Positions 32,243-46,029 of a stretch of 64,000 nt of DNA are shown here, piece by piece. The notes under the pieces were generated by a model, which was not told where the DNA came from, did not search any database, and was given only the letters and a program-made list of their open reading frames with translations. Position 1 is the first letter of the stretch. The number at the start of each line of letters is the position of its first letter. Origin of the DNA: Escherichia coli. Its GTDB lineage: Bacteria > Pseudomonadota > Gammaproteobacteria > Enterobacterales > Enterobacteriaceae. Location: the NCBI RefSeq assembly GCF_001677475.2, contig NZ_CP015229.1. One strand, written 5' to 3'. Made by a program: the position numbers and the translations under genes.

Positions 32243-32382
32243 CAAAAAACCCCGCCGGAGCGAGGTTTCGTCAGCCGCCCGCGGCTGGTAACCGCAAAGC
32301 ACACTGTATTATGTCAACACTGAAAGTATACGTGTTCCGCGCAGAACGCGCAATTTCGGCACGAATTTTGACGTATTTAGGG
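32243..32382 (-). ncRNA. istR: IstR antisense sRNA (IstR-1/IstR-2), antitoxin RNA of tisB; coordinates approximate
   Basis: Placed from the known divergent tisAB/istR architecture: LexA box at 32425..32444, tisB at 32679, T-run on the minus strand at ~32241-32250 taken as the 3' end. Not derived from a sequence match. Confidence 0.4.
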
Positions 32383-32424
32383 CATAGTTGAGTATCGATC
32401 ACAGTTTGCGTTTTGTCCAAATAT

Positions 32425-32444
32425 TACTGTTTATTTATACAGTA
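32425..32444. promoter_or_regulatory. LexA (SOS) box
   Basis: tACTGTttatttatACAGta matches CTGT-N8-ACAG; located between istR and tisAB. Confidence 0.75.
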
Positions 32445-32678
32445 AACTTCTATAATATCACTGTACGCAATGTGTTATGCGGGGGCCGCATCGTTACCCG
32501 GCGCACTAAGTCCTGGCTGAAACGGGTGGTGCCGTCAGCGCCTTAACCCCGCGTGAGCACACTGTGTTATGTCAACAAGCACAACGTTTCTCCTTGAGAT
32601 ACCGCGTGCACAACAGCTGGCAACAGGCAGCGGAAAGGTACGTCAGCTGGCAGTGCTCCTGAACCACAGGAGACGCGT

Positions 32679-32768
32679 ATGAGCCTGGTGGATATCGCCA
32701 TTCTTATCCTCAAACTCATTGTTGCAGCACTGCAACTGCTTGATGCTGTTCTGAAATACCTGAAGTAA
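32679..32768 (+). CDS. tisB: Type I toxin TisB (SOS-induced membrane peptide)
   Basis: 29-codon ORF MSLVDIAILILKLIVAALQLLDAVLKYLK; too short for the ORF track. Confidence 0.85.
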   Translation: MSLVDIAILILKLIVAALQLLDAVLKYLK

Positions 32769-32787
32769 TTCAGATTCAAGTCGCACC

Positions 32788-32816
32788 AAAGGGGAGCGGG
32801 TAACCGCTCCCCTTTT
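32788..32816 (+). terminator. Rho-independent terminator of tisAB
   Basis: aaaggggagcgggtaaccgctcccctttt hairpin plus U-tract. Confidence 0.7.
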
Positions 32817-33047
32817 ATATTTAGCGTGCGGGTTGGTGTCGGATGCGATGCTGACGCATCTTATCCGCCCTACCATCCCTTCCGGCAACATTTATTGCCG
32901 CTTTTGTTTACATATTCTGCCGCTAAACAATTCCCCATTCCTGGCGTATATCTGGCTAACATTCATCAATGTGATAGATTCCTCTCCCGCATTTATGGGA
33001 ATGCGTAGTGACTTATTCTAATTATTTTTATAAAAGCATCCGTGATA

Positions 33048-34232
33048 ATGAAAAGGCATAGAAACGTCAATTTGTTATTGATGTTGGTATTACTCGTGGC
33101 CGTCGGTCAGATGGCGCAAACCATTTATATTCCAGCTATTGCCGATATGGCGCGCGATCTCAACGTCCGTGAAGGGGCGGTGCAGAGCGTAATGGGCGCT
33201 TATCTGCTGACTTACGGTGTCTCACAGCTGTTTTATGGCCCGATATCCGACCGCGTGGGTCGCCGACCAGTGATCCTCGTCGGAATGTCCATTTTTATGC
33301 TGGCAACGCTGGTCGCGGTCACGACCTCCAGTTTGACGGTATTGATTGCCGCCAGCGCGATGCAGGGGATGGGCACCGGCGTTGGCGGCGTAATGGCGCG
33401 TACTTTGCCGCGTGATTTATATGAACGGACACAGTTGCGCCATGCTAACAGCCTGTTAAACATGGGGATTCTTGTCAGTCCGTTGCTCGCACCGCTAATC
33501 GGCGGTCTGCTGGATACGATGTGGAACTGGCGCGCCTGTTATCTCTTTTTGTTGGTTCTTTGTGCTGGTGTGACCTTCAGTATGGCCCGCTGGATGCCGG
33601 AAACGCGTCCGGTCGATGCACCGCGCACGCGCCTGCTTACCAGTTATAAAACGCTTTTCGGTAACAGCGGTTTTAACTGTTATTTGCTGATGCTGATTGG
33701 CGGTCTGGCCGGGATTGCCGCCTTTGAAGCCTGCTCCGGCGTGCTGATGGGTGCGGTGTTAGGGTTGAGCAGTATGACGGTCAGTATTTTGTTTATTCTG
33801 CCGATTCCGGCAGCGTTTTTTGGCGCATGGTTTGCCGGACGTCCCAATAAACGCTTCTCCACGTTAATGTGGCAGTCGGTTATCTGCTGCCTGCTGGCTG
33901 GCTTGCTGATGTGGATCCCCGACTGGTTTGGCGTGATGAATGTCTGGACGCTGCTCGTTCCCGCCGCGCTGTTCTTTTTCGGTGCCGGGATGCTGTTTCC
34001 GCTGGCGACCAGCGGCGCGATGGAGCCGTTCCCCTTCCTGGCGGGCACGGCTGGCGCGCTGGTCGGCGGTCTGCAAAACATTGGTTCCGGCGTGCTGGCG
34101 TCGCTCTCTGCGATGTTGCCGCAAACCGGTCAGGGCAGCCTGGGGTTGTTGATGACCTTAATGGGATTGTTGATCGTGCTGTGCTGGCTGCCGCTGGCGA
34201 CGCGGATGTCGCATCAGGGGCAGCCCGTTTAA
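33048..34232 (+). CDS. emrD: MFS multidrug efflux transporter
   Basis: 394-aa 12-TM MFS protein from MKRHRNVNLLLMLVLL. Confidence 0.85.
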   Translation: MKRHRNVNLLLMLVLLVAVGQMAQTIYIPAIADMARDLNVREGAVQSVMGAYLLTYGVSQLFYGPISDRVGRRPVILVGMSIFMLATLVAVTTSSLTVLIAASAMQGMGTGVGGVMARTLPRDLYERTQLRHANSLLNMGILVSPLLAPLIGGLLDTMWNWRACYLFLLVLCAGVTFSMARWMPETRPVDAPRTRLLTSYKTLFGNSGFNCYLLMLIGGLAGIAAFEACSGVLMGAVLGLSSMTVSILFILPIPAAFFGAWFAGRPNKRFSTLMWQSVICCLLAGLLMWIPDWFGVMNVWTLLVPAALFFFGAGMLFPLATSGAMEPFPFLAGTAGALVGGLQNIGSGVLASLSAMLPQTGQGSLGLLMTLMGLLIVLCWLPLATRMSHQGQPV

Positions 34233-34239
34233 GCTCACG

Positions 34240-34737
34240 TCACCGCAGCATCGTCATCAGCTCCATGGGAGAACGATGCTGCTTTATCAGATCACGCATT
34301 ACCCGCATATGCGGTGCGGAGTAAGAATAAAATGCCTGATAGCCCGCACAAAGCACGTTGTCTGGCGTCTCCTCCCGAGCGTGCGGACACAGCCGATGCC
34401 AGTCGCACGCCTGGCAGTCACGGCGCGATTGCGGGTTTTCGCTGCCACACCATTTTTGTAGGGTGGCGTCAAAAAGCTCAATCGAAATACGACTGATATC
34501 TGCCCGCACCCAACACTCAAACAGGGCAATTAAAAATTTCCCCCACAGCTCTGCTGTCACCGAAGCGGCCGTCATATCGCCCCGGTCATCAAATTCAAGA
34601 TGGGGAATGAGCTGTACGGAGCGGATGCCCCGTTGTTTGAAATTGTGATAAAAATCGGCAGGTTGCAGAGCATCCTTGTACTCTACAACCAGTTTATGCC
34701 TGTCCTCTTCAGCATCAATGACCTGACTTCCTGTCAT
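34240..34737 (-). CDS. yidF: Cys-rich protein YidF (radical-SAM/SPASM-like C-terminal Cys cluster)
   Basis: 165-aa ORF; synteny with yidGH. Confidence 0.65.
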   Translation of the reverse strand: MTGSQVIDAEEDRHKLVVEYKDALQPADFYHNFKQRGIRSVQLIPHLEFDDRGDMTAASVTAELWGKFLIALFECWVRADISRISIELFDATLQKWCGSENPQSRRDCQACDWHRLCPHAREETPDNVLCAGYQAFYSYSAPHMRVMRDLIKQHRSPMELMTMLR

Positions 34738-35096
34738 GCGACTCTCTCAATAAATACGATAAGTTGATGTATATGCGTTACAGCAAACAGTATTGCGAGA
34801 GATAACACCGCGAGGGAGATCAAAAATTTGTCACGGACTACGTGAAATTGGGAAAAATCGCTATTCGTGACATCCATTAAATTGCGATTACGGGTGTAGT
34901 GCCAGAGGATCAGCGCCACGATGGCGAGGATGCCAATCGAAATCCAGAATAACATGCCCGCCTGGTGCCAGTTGTGTTTGATAGCCAACGCCATCAACGC
35001 GCCGTAGCCCAGCATGGTACGAAACCACGCCAGTGATGTGCGCTCCGGCTGCAGCCCTGGGTCGGCAATGCGTCTGGCTTTGCGGCTATCCGGCAT
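34734..35096 (-). CDS. yidG: Inner-membrane protein YidG
   Basis: 120-aa, three predicted TM helices; 4-nt overlap with yidF. Confidence 0.65.
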   Translation of the reverse strand: MPDSRKARRIADPGLQPERTSLAWFRTMLGYGALMALAIKHNWHQAGMLFWISIGILAIVALILWHYTRNRNLMDVTNSDFSQFHVVRDKFLISLAVLSLAILFAVTHIHQLIVFIERVA

Positions 35097-35433
35097 ACAA
35101 CACCAGTCCCATAACGATCACCGCCACGACCATCAATATTAAGCTGATGATTAATAAGCTGTTGGTATAGGGCAGGTCCTCTTTCAGACGCATCGCTTTT
35201 TCATTGCGTAACCAGCGCAAGTAGCCATACATCGCTAACCCGCCGGAAAACAGACACAACAACAACGCCAGCAGTTCGCGAATGACGGGCGTGGCGAAAT
35301 CTGGCGCAAGTTGGTCAAGCCCAACCCCCGCCGCCAGAAATCCTAGTGCGGTACGGATCCACGCCAGAAAAGTACGCTCATTAGCCAGCGAGAAGCGGTA
35401 ATCGGGCGCTTCTCCGAGGCGGGAAATTTTCAT
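35086..35433 (-). CDS. yidH: Inner-membrane protein YidH (DUF202)
   Basis: 115-aa membrane protein overlapping the yidG start. Confidence 0.65.
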   Translation of the reverse strand: MKISRLGEAPDYRFSLANERTFLAWIRTALGFLAAGVGLDQLAPDFATPVIRELLALLLCLFSGGLAMYGYLRWLRNEKAMRLKEDLPYTNSLLIISLILMVVAVIVMGLVLYAG

Positions 35434-35603
35434 TGTTGCTCCTTTGCAATTTCACTAACGCTCTATCTTTAGCGGTTTTTTTTAAGAATTTCGTCCGCCC
35501 GTTTCCTGATATGCTTTTGCCATCCGCTGCAAGGAGGTCAGATGGGTATCATAGCGCAAATTGACATCCTCCACGCCCTGAAGGACGAGGATCCCTGCTA
35601 CGT

Positions 35604-36812
35604 TCAGGCTGTCGCCTGAATCATTTCGGTGGGTTCCTGCTTCAACGAGCGGCCTGACTGCACCATCTCTCCACAGGCAAGAACGGCGTGCCCCGCCGCT
35701 AAAATGTTACGAGCGCCATTTACATCGGCGTTCGCTGTATATCCACATACCTGGCATCTGAATTTACTTTGTGACAGGCGATTTTCTTTCGCTGTATGAC
35801 CACAGCACGCGCAACGCTGGCTTGTGTACGCTGGCGGAACAGCAAGCACCTGACCGCCACTCCAGAGCTGCTTGTACTCAAGCTGGCGGCGCATTTCATA
35901 CCAGCCCTGATCCAGTATCGTACGGTTTAAACCTGATTTTGCCCGGACATTGCGCCCCGGCTGGCTGACCGTACCCGCTGCTGACTTTGACATGTTGCTG
36001 ACCTTCAAATCCTCAATGACTATCATTGCGTGGTTTTTACTGACGGTCGTTGTGACTTTGTGAAGGTAGTCCCTGCGGATATTTGCGATACAGGAATGCA
36101 GTCGCTGTATTTTGCGTTTCTGCTTCTGCCAGTTGTTGCTGAATTTGACCTTGCGGCTTAACTGTCGCTGAAGTCTCGCCAGCGTCTTCTGGTTTTTCTG
36201 AAAACTGTTTACAGGCCCAAAGACTGTGCCATCTGACAGCGTGGCGAGTTTAGCCACGCCAGCATCCAGCCCGACCATTGATGCTGAAGGGTGAACCGGA
36301 GTTGATACTTCACTTTCAGTCTGAATACTGATGTACCACTTACCGCAGGACTGGCTGACAGTGACATTTTTCACAACACCCGTGACCTGACGGCTATTCC
36401 GGTAGCGCATCCAGCCAAGTTTCGGCAGAAAAATACGGCTTTTTTCCTGATCGAGCTTAACGCCCTGCGGGTAGCGGAATGCATCATTCTGTCCCCGCTT
36501 TTTGAATCGGGGAAAAGCAGCCCGCTTCTGGAAGAAGTTTTTGTAAGCCCGCTCAAGGTCTTTCAGTGACTGTTGCAATGGCTGTGAGGGCGAATCTTTA
36601 AGCCATTGCATTTCAGTGGCGTTTTTCCACTCAACCAGCCAGGAAGCCATTTTCCCGTAAGGGATGTATTTATTACCGGCCTCATGATTCTCATTCTGAA
36701 GCGCCAGAGCACGATTGAAAACGAAACGACATGCGCCTGCGAAGCGCCTCATTTCACGCTCCTGTTGGCCACCTGGTCTTAACTGGAATTTAAATGCCTG
36801 TAGTCGTTTCAC
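35604..36812 (-). CDS. tnpB: TnpB (OrfB) RNA-guided endonuclease-like protein, RuvC-like plus zinc finger
   Basis: 402 aa; N-terminal [16 protein letters not shown]...FNRAL; C-terminal CxxC...CxxC (CACCGH...CQVCGY). Confidence 0.85.
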   Translation of the reverse strand: MKRLQAFKFQLRPGGQQEREMRRFAGACRFVFNRALALQNENHEAGNKYIPYGKMASWLVEWKNATEMQWLKDSPSQPLQQSLKDLERAYKNFFQKRAAFPRFKKRGQNDAFRYPQGVKLDQEKSRIFLPKLGWMRYRNSRQVTGVVKNVTVSQSCGKWYISIQTESEVSTPVHPSASMVGLDAGVAKLATLSDGTVFGPVNSFQKNQKTLARLQRQLSRKVKFSNNWQKQKRKIQRLHSCIANIRRDYLHKVTTTVSKNHAMIVIEDLKVSNMSKSAAGTVSQPGRNVRAKSGLNRTILDQGWYEMRRQLEYKQLWSGGQVLAVPPAYTSQRCACCGHTAKENRLSQSKFRCQVCGYTANADVNGARNILAAGHAVLACGEMVQSGRSLKQEPTEMIQATA

Positions 36813-36819
36813 AGGCCAA

Positions 36820-37251
36820 ATGATACTTTGGTCTGTGAATAAAGAAACCGATATCCGACGGGGAAGGCATTGTGTTTTCCTGATGCATGTTCACCTGGTC
36901 TTTGTCACCAGATACCGACGTCAGATTTTTGACTATGACGCGACAGAAAAACTACGCACTTACTTTTCAAATGTATGTGCTGATTTTGAAGCTGAACTGG
37001 TTGAAATGGATGGCGAACCAGATCACGTCCATTTGTTAATTAACTATCCTCCCAAACTGGCGATATCCAGTCTGGTAAACAGCCTCAAAGGCGTATCGGG
37101 TAGGTTACTGCGACGAGATCGACCAGATATTGCAGTCAGGTATTACTACAAAGGCGTTTTGTGGAGTCCTGGCTATTTTGCCAGTAGCTGCGGAGGTGCG
37201 CCAATATCCGTCATCCGCCAATACATTGAACAAAAGCAAACACCTGGTTAA
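36820..37251 (+). CDS. tnpA: IS200-type Y1 (HUH) transposase TnpA
   Basis: HCVFLMHVHLVFVTRYRR (HUH motif) and catalytic Tyr region; start chosen at MILWS inside the longer ORF. Confidence 0.8.
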   Translation: MILWSVNKETDIRRGRHCVFLMHVHLVFVTRYRRQIFDYDATEKLRTYFSNVCADFEAELVEMDGEPDHVHLLINYPPKLAISSLVNSLKGVSGRLLRRDRPDIAVRYYYKGVLWSPGYFASSCGGAPISVIRQYIEQKQTPG

Positions 37252-37381
37252 GTGGAAAACCTCGCCTTATATCCCCGCCCTGAAGGACGGGGTTTTACGG
37301 CGCACCGGATAAATTTGGTTATGCGCCGTCAGCCGTGCTGAAGAATAGGGACCAGCACCCAACGGATGCCAGTCCACACAA

Positions 37382-40320
<2,939 letters not shown>

Positions 40321-40615
40321 TTCCACATCCTCTTTTCTCAATTCTGTAAGTAGGAAGCCTGATTGGTTATGCGGCAGGCCTGGAGCGAGGATAGGAAGAT
40401 GCGATCGGCAGAACATGACGACCCAATGGGATTCGTGATCGCTTTCATGCTTTTCGTTGGGCGGTAGAGATCTACGTTTTCGCGAAAAAGTAGACATCTG
40501 TGAGCACTGGTACACAGCATCGAACACATCTTTAAAAAAAAGATGTTTTTTCAATCGATTAAGCAGAACTTGTGGGCGCATTACCCAGGCTTGCAGGCAA
40601 AAAAGAGATCTAGAG

Positions 40616-41332
40616 ATGATCTACAAAAGCATTGCGGAGCGGTTAAGAATTCGACTTAATTCCGCAGATTTCACGCTAAACAGCCTTCTTCCCGGTGAAA
40701 AAAAGCTGGCGGAAGAGTTTGCGGTATCGCGGATGACCATCCGTAAAGCCATTGATCTGCTGGTAGCGTGGGGGCTGGTGGTCCGCCGCCACGGTAGCGG
40801 CACTTACCTGGTGCGCAAAGATGTACTGCATCAAACCGCCAGCCTGACCGGGCTGGTGGAGGTGTTAAAACGCTAGGGAAAAACGGTCACCAGCCAGGTG
40901 CTGATTTTTGAAATCATGCCTGCGCCTCCGGCCATTGCCAGCCAGTTACGGATTCAAATCAACGAGCAGATCTACTTCTCCCGTCGCGTTCGTTTTGTGG
41001 AAGGGAAACCGCTGATGCTGGAAGACAGCTATATGCCGGTAAAACTGTTCCGTAACCTTTCGCTGCAACATCTGGAAGGGTCGAAGTTTGAATATATTGA
41101 ACAAGAGTGCGGGATTCTGATTGGCGGTAATTATGAAAGCCTGACGCCGGTGCTCGCCGATAGACTGCTGGCGCGGCAAATGAAGGTAGCGGAACACACG
41201 CCACTGCTGCGGATCACCTCGTTGTCATATAGCGAGAGCGGGGAGTTTTTGAATTATTCAGTGATGTTCAGAAATGCCAGCGAATACCAGGTGGAGTACC
41301 ATTTACGGCGACTCCACCCGGAAAAGAGTTAA
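40616..41332 (+). pseudogene. yidP: GntR/HutC-family regulator yidP interrupted by an in-frame amber codon at 40874..40876
   Basis: N-terminal GntR HTH ORF ends at TAG after ...TGLVEVLKR; the UTRA-like C-terminal domain continues in the same frame (40898..41332 ORF). The 717-nt span fits a ~238-aa protein. Confidence 0.65.
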
Positions 41333-42990
41333 CCGATACTCCAGAAGAGCACCGCCAGTAATTGGGGGGTGATAATGCGCAGGAACATCACTAACGGATA
41401 GACAGTGGCGTAAGAGAGCGCCGCCGCACCGCTAGTTGGATGAAGATTATTAGCAAACGCCAGCGCCGGAGGATCGGTCATGGAGCCAGCCAGCATCCCG
41501 CACATGGTCAGGTAATTCATTTTGGCTAACATCCGCGCCAGAATGCCAACAGTAATCAGCGGAACGGCGGTGATCAGGGCACCATAACCAATCCAGCTTA
41601 GCCCTTCGCCATTGACCAGGGTATTCACAAAATCCCCACCAGATTTCAGACCAACGACCGAGAGGAACAGCACGATCCCCAGCTCCCGCAGCGCGAGGTT
41701 GGCACTTGGCGGCATAAACCAGTACAGCTTGCCGATACTGCCGATACGCCCGAGGATCAACGCCATAATCAGCGGACCGCCCGCCAGCCCCAGTTTCAAC
41801 GCGGCCGGGAATCCTGGCACAAAGACGGGAATAGAACCTAACAATACGCCAAGCCCGATGCCAATAAACACTGGCAGCATCTGAACCTGTTGCAGTTTTT
41901 GCTGCGCATTCCCCAGCACATTGGCAACGGCATCAATTGCGGACGGACGCCCCACCAGGTTGAGAATATCGCCGAACTGCAGGCTGATATCGCCACTGGC
42001 GACCAGTTCGACCCCGGCACGGTTCAGGCGCGAGATAACAACGTCATAGCGTTCTTTAAAGTGCAGGTCGCGAATACGTTTTCCGAGCACGTTTTCATTG
42101 GTGACCACCACACGCTCGACGCGCAAATCAGTGCCTTTCGTGGACAGCGAAGTATCGACCTCCTGACCAATCACCAGTTGCGCATTATGTAAATCCGCTG
42201 GCTGCCCCACCAGATGCAGCAAATCGCCCAGTTGTATAATGGTATCTGGCGAAGGTACTTTTAGGGTTTCTTCGCGTTTCAGACGCGAGCAGATAATTTT
42301 GTCGCCGTTGAGAATCGGTACATCTTTAATGGCTAAATCATGCAGGTTAGGGTTCTCAACGCGAATATTGATAGTCCTGATCAGCGCGCCGCCATTGGTG
42401 CGTGAAGACTCGTGCTGCTGGGCTTCTGTCTCGACATTGACGCGGAAAATAACCCGCAACATCCACATGGTGAACAAAATCCCGCAAATGCCGAATGGAT
42501 ACGCCATCGCGTAACTCATCCCCATCTGATCGACCATTTCCATTGGTGTACCCAGGTCGCGCAAGATCTGCTGCCCTGCCCCCAGTGCTGGCGTATTGGT
42601 TACCGCACCGGAGAAAATCCCCAGCACTACCGGCAGTGGAATATCAAACAGTTTATGCAGGATGGCGGTAACCAGACCACCGATGATGACGATCAGAACA
42701 GCAAACAGGTTGAGGCGTAATCCGGAGACGCGCAATGAGGCAAAGAAGCCCGGCCCTACCTGAATCCCGATAGTATAAACGAACAGGATCAGGCCAAATT
42801 CCTGAATAACATGCAGCATATCGCTACTTAATGTCATCCCCGCCTGAGAAACAAAATGGCCGACGATGATCCCACCAAACAGCACGCCGCCAATACCTAA
42901 TCCTATGCCGCGAAATTTGACGTTGCCGATAAACAAACCGACGACTGCCACCAAAGCCAGAATACTGACCGTTAATGCTATATCACTCAT
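41329..42990 (-). CDS. yidE: AAE-family transporter with two TrkA-C domains
   Basis: 553 aa from [14 protein letters not shown]; duplicated membrane halves separated by cytoplasmic domains. Confidence 0.8.
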
Positions 42991-43185
42991 CGTCCATTTC
43001 TCTTGAGATAACATTTTAATTGCTACGGATTATGGCTGAATCGGTGAAGCAGATTTGCCTTATAGCGCACATTATCACGGGAAAGAACGTGCCGAAATAT
43101 CTTAAACAGGCGAAATTTAATGCATTGTTAAAGAAGAAAGACAAAAAAAGCCCCACCAGAATGGCGGGGCAAAGAGAATAGCTAG

Positions 43186-43614
43186 TTAGCTATTTAACGC
43201 GGGACGTTCGCTGATAGCGATACGCTGCGCTGCGATGGGTTCAGGCTCATTACGAATTAAATCAATATGCAGTAAACCGTTTACGAAGGTTGCACCAGAG
43301 ACTTCCATATTTTCAGCCAGCGTAAAGCTCAGGCTAAATGGCTGATTCATAAGCCCTTGATGCAGCCATTTTTTCTCTTCTTTTGGCTGCTCCGGCGTGC
43401 CTTTTACGCTCAGGCGCGTACCTTCCAGTTGAATCTCTAAATCTTCCTGACGAAAACCTGCCAGCGCGAGGGTAATGCGGTAGTGGTTATCGTCGCTTTT
43501 CTCAATGTTGTACGGCGGGAAGCTCTGGCTTTCACCGGCGTTTTGCAGTGCGTTGGCCAGTTTGTCAAAACCGATCCATTGACGCATCAGTGGGGATAAA
43601 TCGAAGTTACGCAT
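43186..43614 (-). CDS. ibpB: Small heat-shock protein IbpB
   Basis: 142 aa from [17 protein letters not shown]; alpha-crystallin domain; downstream of ibpA. Confidence 0.9.
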
Positions 43615-43725
43615 AGTCATTTCTCCTTCTAAGAAGCGAGTAATTACCTGCAAATCCGAAGATTCGCATATGCTCCCTGACGGCGAGCATGGAGATGCCA
43701 GGCCGCGCCAGGCGGCCTTAGGGAA

Positions 43726-44139
43726 TTAGTTGATTTCGATGCGGCGCGGTTTTTTCGCTTCCGGAATCACGCGTTCGAGATCGATATACAGCAGACCATT
43801 CACCAGGTTAGCACCACGAACATGAATGTTCTCAGCTAACTGGAATTTACGTTCAAAGTTGCGTTCAGCGATGCCCTGGTACAGATAGGTGCGCTCTTTT
43901 TGTTCGTCGGCGTGAGCACCTTTCACCACCAGAAGATTATCCTGGGCGGTAATTTCCAGTTCGCTCTCAGCAAAACCAGCCACAGCGATAGCAATGCGGT
44001 AATGGTTTTCGTCTACCAGTTCAACGTTATACGGAGGGTAGCCGCCATTACTCTGGCTCTGGTTGTTTTCTAAGTGGTTAAACAAACGGTCAAATCCAAT
44101 AGCAGAACGGTAAAGCGGGGATAAATCAAAGTTACGCAT
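43726..44139 (-). CDS. ibpA: Small heat-shock protein IbpA
   Basis: 137 aa from [17 protein letters not shown]. Confidence 0.9.
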
Positions 44140-44242
44140 AATCAATAGCTCCTGAAATCAGCGAGAATGTAAGACCTTCCACAATGGACAGGTCAGGTAG
44201 CCAGAACCCCCATCAGGCGCGTCCTCATCGGCTACGATGTAA

Positions 44243-44270
44243 AAATGGGTCTGGAAATGAACTTTTCAAG
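44243..44270 (-). promoter_or_regulatory. Sigma-32 heat-shock promoter of ibpAB
   Basis: Minus-strand CTTGAAA (-35) then ~13 nt then ACCCATTT (-10), matching the sigma-32 consensus CTTGAA / CCCCATnT. Confidence 0.65.
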
Positions 44271-44444
44271 CCTTATCAGCGGACTTTTTTTTGCAGTTTA
44301 TGGTCTATTGCATAGACTGAGGGGGCAGCACGAAACGTTAAAGTGCGATAGCCGCCACAGTGCGACGTAATGATGATGTTATTTTCAGCAAGGGATCGCT
44401 ATAACTCATCAGGCCAACACCCACGATCAACAGATGAATTTATT

Positions 44445-44777
44445 ATGATAAGAAATGTGTTGTTAGCGTTCATGATATGCAGCGGAATGACATTACTCGG
44501 AGGATGCTCCAGCGTGATGTCCCATACCGGGGGGAAAGAAGGAACGTATCCTGGCACCCGCGCCAGCGCCACCATGATTGGCGACGATGAAACCAACTGG
44601 GGCACTAAGTCGCTGGCGATTCTCGATATGCCGTTTACCGCTGTGATGGACACGCTTTTACTGCCGTGGGATGTGTTCCGCAAAGACAGCTCGGTGCGCT
44701 CGCGCGTTGAAAAAAGCGAAGCCAACGCGCAAGCCACCAATGCGGTTATTCCACCCGCCAGAATGCCTGATAACTGA
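44445..44777 (+). CDS. yidQ: Lipoprotein YidQ (DUF1375)
   Basis: Signal peptide with lipobox LLGGC; start at MIRNVLLAF. Confidence 0.7.
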   Translation: MIRNVLLAFMICSGMTLLGGCSSVMSHTGGKEGTYPGTRASATMIGDDETNWGTKSLAILDMPFTAVMDTLLLPWDVFRKDSSVRSRVEKSEANAQATNAVIPPARMPDN

Positions 44778-44778
44778 T

Positions 44779-46029
44779 TTAGCGATCAGTTTCGGTGATC
44801 CACAGCTGGCCACCTTCCATCCACGCCAGCCACTGACCATCCGGCGAGAAGACCACGGCGTCCGCAGAAGGTGGATTGGCGTGGTTTTCGGTTAAATACT
44901 CAACCTCGCCGCTTTGCGCATGGGCGCAAGCAATTCGATTATCCAGCACAAAGCCCAACCATTCTCCTGACGGATGCCAGTTAAATGCAGACTGAATATC
45001 CGTTTTGTTATGGGTTAACTGGCGCGGCTCGCCGCCTTGTGCCGAGATAAGCCACAGTTGCACAATGCCGTTATCATCACGCATTAAAAACGCGATTTGC
45101 GTACCCTGCGGATTACAGCGCACCCAGTGGCGCGGGACGTTGACTAACCCCGGATAAGCCCGATGGTGGGTAAAGGTTAAACGTCGCTGCACGACGCCAC
45201 GCGGTGGCGCGGGCAGGGTTGTTTCCGTTCCACTTAACGGCGCATCACCTGCCGCTTTCCAGCCAGCTTCATCTTGCGGTAACTCAACGATAAACAGCTC
45301 CGGCACTTTCTCGCCCTTTGGCGAAAGTGTGTCGCCAATAAACGCCAGCGCGTGATTTCCTACCCATCCTTCTTCATAAGCACGATTGATTTCATCGCTG
45401 CCAGGCTGCGGCGTGGGCGTTGTTTTACTCACCAGCACACACCAGTGGCTACCGCTGTATTCACGCGGATGCTGCTTTTGTACATTGACCGGGCCAAACG
45501 GTGCAGCAACACCGACGTTTCGCAAATCCAGCGCCGGATCGAGTTGATGCATTACATGGTCGTTATAGGTAAAGCTCACCCTTTCACCGTTCGGGTTAAA
45601 GACATGCACATGGCTGCCACCGCGCAGCGCCCCTGGCGTATACGGCGCGGTAATATCCATCGCATCAAGGTTACTCACCTTGCCGCCTTCAACAATCACT
45701 CCGCGCCGATGATGGAAGTCGTAATGCCATGTTTCATCAGGATTTTCCGGGCCGTGAATGAAGACATATTTTTCTGACTTCGGATGAACGGTCACCACGC
45801 CGACGTGTGCGCCCTGTGACGCGCGATAGATAACCTCGACCTCGCCGGTATGGATATTCACACGCTCAATGGTCTCGCCGGTAAACGACGCCCCAGAAGG
45901 ACGCACGTCAAATACCAGCCACTGGCTGTCGGGCGTCCAGGTATTGGTATTGGTGAGCAGGTGATTACGGGGAGCAAAGGTTATCTGTTTCATGGCGCGG
46001 TCCTGATACAAAACGGTTCCCGCCATCAT
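44779..46029 (-). CDS. yidR: Beta-propeller-like protein YidR
   Basis: ~416-aa ORF; synteny between yidQ and cbrA. Confidence 0.7.
   Translation of the reverse strand: MMAGTVLYQDRAMKQITFAPRNHLLTNTNTWTPDSQWLVFDVRPSGASFTGETIERVNIHTGEVEVIYRASQGAHVGVVTVHPKSEKYVFIHGPENPDETWHYDFHHRRGVIVEGGKVSNLDAMDITAPYTPGALRGGSHVHVFNPNGERVSFTYNDHVMHQLDPALDLRNVGVAAPFGPVNVQKQHPREYSGSHWCVLVSKTTPTPQPGSDEINRAYEEGWVGNHALAFIGDTLSPKGEKVPELFIVELPQDEAGWKAAGDAPLSGTETTLPAPPRGVVQRRLTFTHHRAYPGLVNVPRHWVRCNPQGTQIAFLMRDDNGIVQLWLISAQGGEPRQLTHNKTDIQSAFNWHPSGEWLGFVLDNRIACAHAQSGEVEYLTENHANPPSADAVVFSPDGQWLAWMEGGQLWITETDR

Larger units (their letters stand above)
35560..37300. mobile_element. IS200/IS605-family insertion sequence with divergent tnpA and tnpB; boundaries approximate
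   Basis: TnpA (HUH Y1) and TnpB genes back to back; the same motif cgccctgaaggacg occurs near both ends in direct orientation (~35574-35590 and ~37273-37289), consistent with subterminal end structures. Confidence 0.7.

Noticed and set aside
33864-34737. Arg/Ala-rich overlapping ORFs on both strands within emrD and yidF
   Set aside because: They overlap well-supported genes in alternative frames and have antisense-artefact composition.
43640-43725. GC-rich ibpA-ibpB intergenic segment, considered as a REP element or sRNA
   Set aside because: No clear REP consensus or terminator-like structure resolved by eye; probably the ibpB 5' leader or thermosensor region, not verifiable without folding.
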